Counted from the first letter of the stretch, positions 48,116 to 56,969 are shown. The stretch is DNA of 64,000 nt from a virus (IMGVR_UViG_3300017700_000931:160001-224000); one strand, 5' to 3'. Translations and numbers: made by a program. The notes: a model not told the origin generated them from the letters alone.

Positions 48116-48122
48116 TATTTAT
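48116..48122 (+). promoter_or_regulatory. Putative late promoter TATTTAT
   Basis: 14 nt upstream of ATG 48137. Confidence 0.55.
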
Positions 48123-48136
48123 TATAAAAAGATAAC

Positions 48137-49552
48137 ATGGTAATACGCACATTTTTTGATAGAAACAATACTATTGTTTATAACGATTTAATCAATACTG
48201 GTAGAAACCCAGTTGCTGAACTATTTTATGGTGGTTCAGTTGGTGAAGAATCATATAGTAGATTTATATTTCATTTTGATGAAACTAGATTAAATGAGAT
48301 TCATAGTTGTGGTGGTTTTGGTGATTTAACTAATGTCAGACATACCCTTAGAATGACCAATACTGGAGCCTTTGACGCTGCTTTATTAGGTAAAACCACT
48401 TGTAGTGGTAAAGATAGAGCATCATCATTCGATTTAATAGTATTCAGGTTAGAACAACCTTGGGATGAGGGTAATGGTTATGACTATAATCACAATAATT
48501 TTTTAATCCAAGGTAATAGTGCCATAGTTATAAACTCACCATCTAATTGGGTTGAAGCCCAAACAAACGTATCTTGGTCCGGTGGGAATGGAACATATAG
48601 TGGTTCATCATCCGGCGTAACAATTGCGACACAACATTTTGAACAAGGTAATGAAAATCTTGAAATAGATATTACCGATTATGTTAATGGTATATTAACA
48701 GGTGATACTAATTATGGTTTGGGTATCGCATTCCCGTCATCATTCGAAGCCACCCCAACCGACAACTTAAAATATGTAGGATTTTTTACCAGACACACTC
48801 AAACATTTTATGAACCACATGTCGAAACAATTTACAATAATCCTATAATGGATGATAGGGCTAATTTTTATTTGGATAAAGTAAATAAATTGTATTTGTA
48901 TTCTAATGTTGGAGGTGTACCAACTTCATTGGATAATTTACCTACAGTAACAATTTTGGACCCATCTGGTGCAGTATTTTCAGCAATAACATCTGGTGTA
49001 ACACAAGTATCGTGCGGTGTTTATTCTGTTGAAGTATTCGTTCCAACGTATTCAGCTTATACCGATTGTATGCAATTTGAAGATATCTGGAGCAACATTT
49101 CTATTAATGGTATAAGTAGACCGGATATTGAGTTAGATTTTATAATTCAAGATTCATCTAAGTATTATAATATTGGTCAAAATATTGAATTACCAAAAAA
49201 ATATGGCTTTACTGTAACTGGTATCAAAAGAGATGAAAGAATTAAACGTGGAGATATTAGAAGAGTTAACGTGGTGGCCAGAATACCATACACAATAAAC
49301 CAAACTGAAGTAATCGATAGACTACAATATAGATTGTACGTTAAAGAGGGTAGAAATGAATATACTGTAATCGATTTTCAAGATGTTAATAGAGCTTTCA
49401 ATGGTAATTATTTTTTATTAGATACTGCTAGCTTGATACCAAATACTTATTATTTGGATGTTCAAGTAGAATCTAATTATGAAATTACCACAATAACAGA
49501 TGTCCTGAGTTTTGATATTGTTAGTCAATCAGAATTAAGGGATAGTCAATAA
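48137..49552 (+). CDS. Virion structural protein (DNRLRE/beta-sandwich-like, tentative)
   Basis: DRNNTI.Y....NTG.NP..EL, SRFIFHFD, W.EG.G, IDITDYV pattern. Confidence 0.5.
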   Translation: MVIRTFFDRNNTIVYNDLINTGRNPVAELFYGGSVGEESYSRFIFHFDETRLNEIHSCGGFGDLTNVRHTLRMTNTGAFDAALLGKTTCSGKDRASSFDLIVFRLEQPWDEGNGYDYNHNNFLIQGNSAIVINSPSNWVEAQTNVSWSGGNGTYSGSSSGVTIATQHFEQGNENLEIDITDYVNGILTGDTNYGLGIAFPSSFEATPTDNLKYVGFFTRHTQTFYEPHVETIYNNPIMDDRANFYLDKVNKLYLYSNVGGVPTSLDNLPTVTILDPSGAVFSAITSGVTQVSCGVYSVEVFVPTYSAYTDCMQFEDIWSNISINGISRPDIELDFIIQDSSKYYNIGQNIELPKKYGFTVTGIKRDERIKRGDIRRVNVVARIPYTINQTEVIDRLQYRLYVKEGRNEYTVIDFQDVNRAFNGNYFLLDTASLIPNTYYLDVQVESNYEITTITDVLSFDIVSQSELRDSQ

Positions 49553-49575
49553 CGATAAATGTAAATTAAAAAATC

Positions 49576-49683
49576 ATGGACGAAGAAAAAGAATGCACTT
49601 GCAAAGATTGTAACCCTAATGGACAATGTGAGTGCACTGGTGAATGTGAAGAAACATGCACTTGTGGATGTTGTAAAAAATAA
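49576..49683 (+). CDS. Metallothionein-like 35-aa peptide (not in the ORF track)
   Basis: MDEEKECTCKDCNPNGQCECTGECEETCTCGCCKK: 10 Cys in CxC/CxCxCC arrays, no aromatic residue; followed by a terminator. Confidence 0.65.
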   Translation: MDEEKECTCKDCNPNGQCECTGECEETCTCGCCKK

Positions 49684-49699
49684 ATTTAAGAAAATTATT

Positions 49700-49727
49700 A
49701 AAACCACTTGACTAAAGTGGTTTTTTT
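49700..49727 (+). terminator. Intrinsic terminator whose loop carries a -35 box
   Basis: aaaaccact-tgactaa-agtggttttttt. Confidence 0.75.
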
Positions 49728-49735
49728 ATTATACT
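49708..49735 (+). promoter_or_regulatory. Sigma70-type promoter
   Basis: TTGACT(49708-49713)-16 nt-TATACT(49730-49735). Confidence 0.55.
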
Positions 49736-49757
49736 TATCAAATCGTGATTGATACAC

Positions 49758-49815
49758 GTATTGGTCTTGAGTCATTTTGGCTTTAGAGTTTTCTAGGAAA
49801 CAAAAAGATTAGTAC
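49758..49815 (+). ncRNA. Candidate cis-regulatory three-way-junction leader RNA
   Basis: 11-bp P1 49758-49768/49805-49815 enclosing hairpins 49769-49783 and 49788-49801; hand-folded only. Confidence 0.35.
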
Positions 49816-49846
49816 ATAATAACAAATGTTTATTAAAAATTAAATT

Positions 49847-50722
49847 ATGAAACAAGTAAAGCAATCAATGCCTACTGCTAACATCGCAATTAACAAAAGC
49901 AGACTTAAGGTATATCAAAACAATGGCGATGTTCCGACCTATTATTTACAAAAAGGTCAAGAGTTCCAAATCGAACTTTTCAATCCAACTAACAAAAAAA
50001 TCTTAGCTAAGATTTCATTAAACAATATGCTTATCACACAAGGTGGTTTAGTATTGAATCCGGGACAACGTGTGTTCTTGGACCGTTATATTGATGTAGC
50101 TAAGAAATTTAGATTTGATACTTATGAGGTATCAAATACTGCTGAAGTAAAAGAAGCGATTCGTGATAATGGTGATTTTAAAGTTCAATTCTTTAGAGAG
50201 GAAGAACCTAAACCATATTATGGTAATTTGCGCTCAATCCAAGATTATTGGCATAATGGTCCAATATACGGTGGAACTGGTGGTGGTTACAGTGGTTCCG
50301 GTGGTTATGTATTTAATTCACCATCAAACATGAATGGTTCAATTGGTTTAACGAGCTTAACAAGCCACAATTCAACTACTTTAAATGTTAGTAATGCATC
50401 TTATACAAGTGATGTAACATTAGATTCACTAAACTCAATGAATTCATTGAGTAGTGAATTGAAAAAAAGTAGTCCAGTAAGGTCTAAAAAATCCATTGAA
50501 ACTGGTAGAGTTGAAGCTGGGTCAGCTTCAGACCAAAAGCTTGAAACTGTCAATTATAATTTTGAAAGTTGGGCGTTCCATACCATAACATATAAAATGT
50601 TACCAGTATCACAAAAAGTTAATACAGTACAAGATATTCAAGTTAAAAAATATTGTACTGAATGTGGTGCTAAACAAAAACCGACAAATAAATTTTGCCC
50701 TAGCTGCGGAGCTAAGGTTTAA
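49847..50722 (+). CDS. Hypothetical protein with C-terminal double zinc ribbon
   Basis: CTECG...CPSCG at the C-terminus; Gly/Ser-rich linker. Confidence 0.7.
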   Translation: MKQVKQSMPTANIAINKSRLKVYQNNGDVPTYYLQKGQEFQIELFNPTNKKILAKISLNNMLITQGGLVLNPGQRVFLDRYIDVAKKFRFDTYEVSNTAEVKEAIRDNGDFKVQFFREEEPKPYYGNLRSIQDYWHNGPIYGGTGGGYSGSGGYVFNSPSNMNGSIGLTSLTSHNSTTLNVSNASYTSDVTLDSLNSMNSLSSELKKSSPVRSKKSIETGRVEAGSASDQKLETVNYNFESWAFHTITYKMLPVSQKVNTVQDIQVKKYCTECGAKQKPTNKFCPSCGAKV

Positions 50723-50745
50723 TTAAATAATTCAATCACGATATT

Positions 50746-50774
50746 AAAAAGGGTCCACAATGTGGACCCTTTTT
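50746..50774. terminator. Bidirectional intrinsic terminator
   Basis: aaaaagggtccaca-a-tgtggaccctttt between convergent genes. Confidence 0.8.
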
Positions 50775-50777
50775 GTT

Positions 50778-51350
50778 TTACGATAATCTAATTGGTTTTA
50801 AATTATTAAAAATATTACCATCACCATTCCTATCAGCAATTAGTAATTCCATCCCTTCTAAGGTCATCTGATTCCAAACGAAGTACATAATAATATCTCT
50901 CATATCACTTGATGCATGTTCGAATGTATCCATATCAACACCAAGACTAACTAAATCATCATCATCAATACTAACATTATCCATATCGGCATATGCATAC
51001 GTTGCAATGAAGTCTAACGGAACATTAACTCTATATAAGACTGGTCTATCAGAAGAAACATAATCAGACTTCCCAATTTGGAAATAAATAATATCTTCAT
51101 TAGAAAATGAAGTATAATTTTTACCATCAGTTAATTTAAAACCCTCAACATCAATTAACTTTGCCGTTTCTTCACTAGTCGCATGAAATAATGGTACAGT
51201 ATTACCATACTTTAGGCTTAATGCTGTGATGAAATCATCAATATCTGACCCATTTAAAATTATATTTTTGATTTTTAAATTGACATTTGATTTTGAATTC
51301 TCATTCAAAATTGTCTTAACTTTATTGGTTATAAATCTTTTTAAATCCAT
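50778..51350 (-). CDS. Putative ADP-ribosyltransferase-fold protein
   Basis: LFHATS...A..I...GF, IYF and late MELLI resemble the H-Y-E ART pattern. Confidence 0.4.
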   Translation of the reverse strand: MDLKRFITNKVKTILNENSKSNVNLKIKNIILNGSDIDDFITALSLKYGNTVPLFHATSEETAKLIDVEGFKLTDGKNYTSFSNEDIIYFQIGKSDYVSSDRPVLYRVNVPLDFIATYAYADMDNVSIDDDDLVSLGVDMDTFEHASSDMRDIIMYFVWNQMTLEGMELLIADRNGDGNIFNNLKPIRLS

Positions 51351-51397
51351 TCTTTTAATTTTTAAAATATCACTTGATACATTAGATAAATATCATA

Positions 51398-51404
51398 TAT
51401 TTAT
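51398..51404 (+). promoter_or_regulatory. Putative late promoter TATTTAT
   Basis: 15 nt upstream of ATG 51420; an opposite-strand copy lies at 51386-51392. Confidence 0.5.
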
Positions 51405-51419
51405 ACTAAAAAACAAGAT

Positions 51420-51731
51420 ATGCGTATATTAAGTGACGATGAATTTAAATCTGAAATAGCATCACATGCTTTTGATGGTGGATTACCAACTCTAATGGAG
51501 TTAACTGATAATGATTCTGAAATGGCATCAGAATTAGCGGAAGGTGGCTGGTCATCAGTCTATGAATATGTTTCTGACATTCATATTGACACCTTAAATG
51601 AAAAATATGATTTCTTACTTGAGGAAGAAAATTATGAATCAACTTCAATTGTTTATGAAAATGATTATGATGACGACGAAGATGAAGACACATTCGATTA
51701 TGACGAAGATAACGATGACTATGATTATTAA
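51420..51731 (+). CDS. Highly acidic hypothetical protein
   Basis: 103-aa ORF with an Asp/Glu-rich tail. Confidence 0.55.
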   Translation: MRILSDDEFKSEIASHAFDGGLPTLMELTDNDSEMASELAEGGWSSVYEYVSDIHIDTLNEKYDFLLEEENYESTSIVYENDYDDDEDEDTFDYDEDNDDYDY

Positions 51732-51732
51732 C

Positions 51733-51765
51733 AAAAAAGGCTTGAATTAATTCAAGCCTTTTTTT
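51733..51765. terminator. Bidirectional intrinsic terminator
   Basis: aaaaaaggcttgaat-ta-attcaagccttttttt between convergent genes. Confidence 0.8.
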
Positions 51766-52688
51766 ATTCTATCAAATACACATCTGTGAAAATCATCATA
51801 ACCCAACTTACCACCTAACTTAATGATTGGGTTCTGTTTTATCGTTAATGATACATTGAGCGGTTTTTTCAAAATCATTGCTGCATAATACCTATGGTGC
51901 CCATCATCTATATAGAAATTATTTTTCTCGTAGACTACATCAATTGGCTCAGATAAATTGATTTTTTTTGCATATTCAAGTTTAGATAAACCACTTTTTT
52001 CTTGCTCAAATTTAACATTTTCTAAATCATCTTTCCATTTAATTTTCAATTGTTTCGGATTAATGGTTTTGATATCATCAACAGTAAAACCAAATGCAGC
52101 CCTATCTAACGTATCAATTGAAAAACCACCGGACCTTAAAAACTCCTCTGAAGTATTATACGGTTTAACTTCTGCAACCATGTCTTGACTTATAGGAATA
52201 TTATTGCACAAATCATTTATTTTATTTTTTGATTCACCAAATAAAGCTTTTCTTTTTGCCCATAATTTTTTTACTTCTGATGATTGGGTTTCTGCTGGTA
52301 TTATTTTAATATTAGCTATGTTCTCAGCAAAATCATACATGGCCATTGCAATACCTTTCCTTCTGTACTCCGGGTTAACAAATATTGCATCTGATTTACC
52401 TGCGATAGGTGTATATGTTTTACCATCTTCGTTTTGATGTAAAAATAAACTACCAATTGGTATCAACCCATTTGGTGTGGAATCATATACACGAAAGTAC
52501 ATGTGTGATGTTTTATCGTCTTGTGTAATGTAATAAACTTTATTATCAGACCCTTTAAATTCAGCAAATCTATCAATTGAAGCCATTGATTTTTGTCTAT
52601 TGAATCTATTCAATAATAATTCATCACTAATGCTATGAAATTTAACATTTTCATTCAATAAACTATTATATATGGTCAACAATTTCAT
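51747..52688 (-). CDS. GNAT-like domain fused to ParB/Srx-like domain
   Basis: VNPEYRRKGIA.AMY (GNAT) then PI.V......IDDGHHR..AA (ParB/Srx); start moved to MKLLTIY. Confidence 0.65.
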   Translation of the reverse strand: MKLLTIYNSLLNENVKFHSISDELLLNRFNRQKSMASIDRFAEFKGSDNKVYYITQDDKTSHMYFRVYDSTPNGLIPIGSLFLHQNEDGKTYTPIAGKSDAIFVNPEYRRKGIAMAMYDFAENIANIKIIPAETQSSEVKKLWAKRKALFGESKNKINDLCNNIPISQDMVAEVKPYNTSEEFLRSGGFSIDTLDRAAFGFTVDDIKTINPKQLKIKWKDDLENVKFEQEKSGLSKLEYAKKINLSEPIDVVYEKNNFYIDDGHHRYYAAMILKKPLNVSLTIKQNPIIKLGGKLGYDDFHRCVFDRIKKGLN

Positions 52689-52712
52689 ATTAATAAATAT
52701 CATTATAAAAAC

Positions 52713-52742
52713 AAAAAAGGCTAACCGAATGGTTAGCCTTTT
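52713..52742 (-). terminator. Terminator of the major capsid transcript
   Basis: aaaaaaggctaacc-gaat-ggttagcctttt. Confidence 0.8.
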
Positions 52743-52763
52743 AAGTTTATATTTTAGAAAAGA

Positions 52764-54563
52764 TTATCTCAATTCTGCAATGTTGAATGTTGGAATTCCA
52801 TCAACTCTAACATGTCCGTAGAACCTGTTATTTACCACTTTCTTAGCGTATCTAGTCATGATACCTTTTACTGGTGCGAAGTTGAATGGGTTATACATTG
52901 TAGGTGTAAGTTGCATTGGCACGTATGGTGCGTAGATGTAACCAGTGTCTAACAATGATTTTCCTTTATGTCCAATAATCATTGAGTTAGCTGGAGCATA
53001 AGGGTCACGATACACTTGGTATCTACCGCTTAATGAACCGATTCTCTCAATCCCCATGTTATATTGGTCTTGCTCTGGTGAAGCATCACTTACGTGGAAG
53101 TACTCAAGGTCATCCATAACAGCTGAGATTTCAGAAGAAACCACGATGAAGTTAGCACCACCTCTAAGAGTTGATTTATGGATTTGAGCAGAAACTTGGT
53201 TTACTTTAGTAATCAAAGTTTGGTTCCAATCCTTTTGAGTGTATGGGCTTGCAGCTGAAGAAGCTTTTCTCCATCCGTTATAATCCCATCTCAATTGCCA
53301 AGCAGCAGCTTTTCTCAAATCTCTCAAGATTTCTCTATCGATTTCAGCAGCAACTTGCTCAGAAAGCATAGCTGTTAATTCAGCCTCAGCATCAATGTTG
53401 TGGAATGCACTAACATCTTGCGCTAATTCTGGTGACCAAGTAGCTCTAAGTTTTCTTTCTTCAACAGAAACAACAACTTCATCAAGTCTAAATGAAACTT
53501 CACCAAGTTCTGTTTCAAGCTCAAGAGATGCATATTCTGCCCAAGATACGATAAAATCAGCACTTGTATAAGCAGTTAAGAATGCTGTAGAAGCAGTAGC
53601 ACCGATGTAACCATCGTATGTTTCAGTTCCGTTCAATCCAACTGGGTGAGACAAATCAGCTTCCAAATAAATGTTACCTAATGAGTCACAGATATCATCG
53701 TATTCTACGATACCTTTACCATATTTTTGTGTTACCAATCTGAAAGGTATTTCAGCGTTTGCAGCGATGATAGTATTACCATCTTGGTCAAGGAATGCAG
53801 TAGCACCGTTAACAATCTTAAGTGAAGCCAAGAATGATTCAGTGTCCATGTTATGACCATCCGGTCCTGTTAACCTACCTTTGTCTGTACCAGCTCCACC
53901 AGTGAAACCAGATACTCTCAACATAATGTTTCTCAATGAACCATCAGTTGCTAAAGCAGAGTTAGTTGCGTTTGTTTGGTCAGTAAATGTACCATTAGTT
54001 CCTAATGTTACGATTTTTACTGTACCAGCAACGATTGTGATTTCACCTTTAGATGCATCGAACAAACCGTCATTGTAGTAAATATCATAAAGGTTTTTAG
54101 CCTCAAATACTGTCAAGTTACATCCAACACCTTGTACACAATCTGGCAATTGGTCAGCCATTGATGTGTGTGCAGAATATTGAGCACTTACATGTGGGTT
54201 ACCAGCAGTTCCAGAAGCGTTAACTCTAGATGATGTTTGTGGTACGAAGAAGAACAATTTACCAATTGGCATGTTCATAGCTTGTACTGATACGATATCG
54301 TTCGCCAATAATTTAGAGAATACTCTCCTTACGATTGGGAATACTACAGTTTCGAATGACCCTGAAGAGTCAGCTGTAGTTGATTCGTTTAATAAATGAG
54401 AAGCCTCATTCTCATATAACTGAGCGATGTTCTCTTTTACGTGGCCTTTAAGACCTTCTAGAAATCCTAAACCTTCCCATTTTGCTTGGGTTTGTCTACG
54501 AACTTCTTTCATGTGGTTAAGTCCGATATTTCCGACTACCCCAGAGGTTAATAAATGTGACAT
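52764..54563 (-). CDS. gp23: Major capsid protein (T4 gp23-like)
   Basis: VSVQAM..P.G.LF, RKLRATWSPELAQD..A.H.IDAEAEL...LSE...AEIDREI, YAPYVP. Confidence 0.95.
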   Translation of the reverse strand: MSHLLTSGVVGNIGLNHMKEVRRQTQAKWEGLGFLEGLKGHVKENIAQLYENEASHLLNESTTADSSGSFETVVFPIVRRVFSKLLANDIVSVQAMNMPIGKLFFFVPQTSSRVNASGTAGNPHVSAQYSAHTSMADQLPDCVQGVGCNLTVFEAKNLYDIYYNDGLFDASKGEITIVAGTVKIVTLGTNGTFTDQTNATNSALATDGSLRNIMLRVSGFTGGAGTDKGRLTGPDGHNMDTESFLASLKIVNGATAFLDQDGNTIIAANAEIPFRLVTQKYGKGIVEYDDICDSLGNIYLEADLSHPVGLNGTETYDGYIGATASTAFLTAYTSADFIVSWAEYASLELETELGEVSFRLDEVVVSVEERKLRATWSPELAQDVSAFHNIDAEAELTAMLSEQVAAEIDREILRDLRKAAAWQLRWDYNGWRKASSAASPYTQKDWNQTLITKVNQVSAQIHKSTLRGGANFIVVSSEISAVMDDLEYFHVSDASPEQDQYNMGIERIGSLSGRYQVYRDPYAPANSMIIGHKGKSLLDTGYIYAPYVPMQLTPTMYNPFNFAPVKGIMTRYAKKVVNNRFYGHVRVDGIPTFNIAELR

Positions 54564-54596
54564 AATTTTTCTTTTTTTTGTTTAATTATTTTTGAA

Positions 54597-56147
54597 TTAG
54601 TTTCTAGGTTTCTCAACTCTATTAATCAAATCCATTATTCTCTTTGTTGAAGAATCAACATAGGCAGTATTCTCGTTTAATTGTTTTGAATTACTACTTG
54701 TTGCTTCTTTAATTATTTTACTCTCAATTGATTCAGCGATTGGTTTTTTAGAAGCCAATTCATTCACAATTGTTTTATATAACCTTTTAGATTCTTTGAT
54801 TGTTGTTACTTCTTCATCAAATCTTGCTATGATTGCTTCCTTCTCTTCTCTAGTAGTAGAGTGTTCAGTGAACAATCTTGTAACATTGGTTAAATTAGTA
54901 TTAAAAACTACTGTTTCTCCTAGCATTGTTCTAAATTTCTTAAGAGCACTTCTGAATTCATCATTTTGCTTTTTAAGTTCTCTAGCCTCAGCTAAAAGTC
55001 TATTATATTTTGCAACAGATTCAGCGGTAACATTACCGTCTTTAACATTGTTAGCTTTAGCACCAGCACCTTCAATTGAAGTTTTCTTGTTAGTTACATT
55101 TCTGCCTTTACCAACTTGAATTTTTTCGTCAATTGCTTCCTCACCTTCAACAACATCTTCCTCAGAAAGTTCTGATTCCATTACGTGTTCACCGTGATTA
55201 TCTCCAGCCGGAGCTCCATCGTCATCAAATCCACCTTCTAGATTATCTCCAGATGTATCTTTGTCAACAGGAGCTTTTTGTCCTTCAATATTACCTGAGT
55301 TACCACCTTTTGAGTTTTTACCCATAGTAACATCACTTGTTGCTGTTCTAACTTTGTCTTCTGTTATTTCTTCATTTTCAGAAACTTCTTCTTCGTCAAG
55401 TGCTATTTCATAAACAACACCTTCTTCGATACCTTCTTCTGTGGCCTCGGTATCAGAAGTATCCATGTACTCATCTTCAGCACCCAAATCCATTTCGGAA
55501 TCATCTTCCATTTCACCACCTAAGTCGGAACCCAAACTGCTATCCATTTCTGAATCATCGTCTGAATCTAATCCTAAACCTAAATCTAATCCGGTTGCGC
55601 CTCCTAATGCAGCTTCTTTTTTCCCACCCATTTTAACGTGGTACTCACTTCCGCTCACTGGGTCTTTAATGTGTACTTCATTATCAGAAACTACTTCAAT
55701 TTCATCATCTCCTGACAATTTCTTGTAAACAGAAATTACGTCTTCGTCAGATGCACCAGTCATGTCCAATTCATAATCTTCTTCAGATTCTTCTTCTCCA
55801 CCGTAGTTAATTTCACTACCTTGCGTGTCGTCCATTCCAGCCTCGTCATAGTCATCAGATGCATCATCTAATCCTAAATCTTCACCAGCTTCTTCTCCAG
55901 CTTCATCATCACCAGTAACATCGTCACCAGTTTCAGAATCAGCAGCAGCTAAATCTAATGTGTCTTCAGAATCATCAACATCTTCTTCTTCATAGTCATC
56001 CTCATTCAAGGATTCTTTCACCAAACCATCAATTTCTTCTCTCGCAACGGAACGAAGTATTTCTTTAGTATTGGAATTTAAAGCTTCTTGGATTCTTTTA
56101 GCATCCAAAAGTGCTTCTTCAATTATTGACTTTTTCTTTTCGGCCAT
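54597..56147 (-). CDS. Prohead core scaffolding protein
   Basis: Very acidic N-terminal two-thirds, coiled-coil C-terminus; lies between protease and capsid genes. Confidence 0.75.
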   Translation of the reverse strand: MAEKKKSIIEEALLDAKRIQEALNSNTKEILRSVAREEIDGLVKESLNEDDYEEEDVDDSEDTLDLAAADSETGDDVTGDDEAGEEAGEDLGLDDASDDYDEAGMDDTQGSEINYGGEEESEEDYELDMTGASDEDVISVYKKLSGDDEIEVVSDNEVHIKDPVSGSEYHVKMGGKKEAALGGATGLDLGLGLDSDDDSEMDSSLGSDLGGEMEDDSEMDLGAEDEYMDTSDTEATEEGIEEGVVYEIALDEEEVSENEEITEDKVRTATSDVTMGKNSKGGNSGNIEGQKAPVDKDTSGDNLEGGFDDDGAPAGDNHGEHVMESELSEEDVVEGEEAIDEKIQVGKGRNVTNKKTSIEGAGAKANNVKDGNVTAESVAKYNRLLAEARELKKQNDEFRSALKKFRTMLGETVVFNTNLTNVTRLFTEHSTTREEKEAIIARFDEEVTTIKESKRLYKTIVNELASKKPIAESIESKIIKEATSSNSKQLNENTAYVDSSTKRIMDLINRVEKPRN

Positions 56148-56202
56148 TTTTTTTTCTCTTTTAATAGAAAATTATCTAGTTGGGTTTTATCCCATCTTGT
56201 TT

Positions 56203-56209
56203 ATAAATA
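56203..56209 (-). promoter_or_regulatory. Putative late promoter TATTTAT with longer leader
   Basis: 55 nt upstream of ATG 56147; the leader contains the hairpin tggg-ataaaa-ccca. Confidence 0.4.
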
Positions 56210-56273
56210 TGTTTCAAAAATCAAAAAATTCAGTTTTCATTAAAAAAACTAACATAATGAAAACTTTTTTTTC

Positions 56274-56969
56274 TTAACCCAGTAAAAATTTATTTAATTT
56301 ATCAACCAATAATGGTTTATCTTTTTTAGCTGATTCCACGAATGGCCTAGCTTCTTGAGTGTTGTTGAACATATATGCTCCCGGAGTACTAGGACTAGTT
56401 ACGATGTCCCAACAAATTAATTCAAAATCATCTTGAACAATATGTTTTCCATCAATTTCTTGTAGTGAACCAACACCTCTTGATGATACACCAACTCTAA
56501 TTCCTCTTCTCAACATATTAGCAACTCTATCACCTTCACAAGATATAATACCTTGTGTGATGAATCCGGGTGACATTAGTATTTCTATTTCACCAACAAG
56601 TGTTTTCCCTTCCCACCAAATTTTAGTAATTTCATGTGATACTCTATCGTTAGAAATGATAGAAGATTCAGGGTGGTCCGATTCACCAATAGCAGACCTA
56701 TTATTAATTAATTCTTGATAAGCCTCAGCTTGTTTTCTCAATAAATTTTCTGGATAAATTCTACCGTTTCTATTAACTACACCATATTTTTGTAGGATAA
56801 CAAATAACTTAAGTGGTTCAACCATTATAACAGAACCCTTCTCTAATTTTTTAACCTCAGTAATGAATGGTTGATTGCGGATATCGTTTGGAGCTATATA
56901 TCCGGCATCACTTTCAATCATAAGACCGAATCCAGTCTTACCAGCTTTTAATAATTTTATATCAGACAT
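56274..56969 (-). CDS. gp21: Prohead protease (T4 gp21-like)
   Basis: NRNGRIYP, GESDHP, GVSSRGVGSL, WDIV..PS. Confidence 0.92.
   Translation of the reverse strand: MSDIKLLKAGKTGFGLMIESDAGYIAPNDIRNQPFITEVKKLEKGSVIMVEPLKLFVILQKYGVVNRNGRIYPENLLRKQAEAYQELINNRSAIGESDHPESSIISNDRVSHEITKIWWEGKTLVGEIEILMSPGFITQGIISCEGDRVANMLRRGIRVGVSSRGVGSLQEIDGKHIVQDDFELICWDIVTSPSTPGAYMFNNTQEARPFVESAKKDKPLLVDKLNKFLLG

Noticed and set aside
49784-49797. GAGUUUUCUAG resembling the purine riboswitch junction
   Set aside because: The two loops are too short and not complementary, so the required kissing-loop architecture is missing.
54597-56147. Acidic low-complexity repeats (DDSEMD twice) in the scaffold as a novel repeat element
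   Set aside because: Acidic, poorly conserved low-complexity sequence is expected for T4-like core scaffolds.
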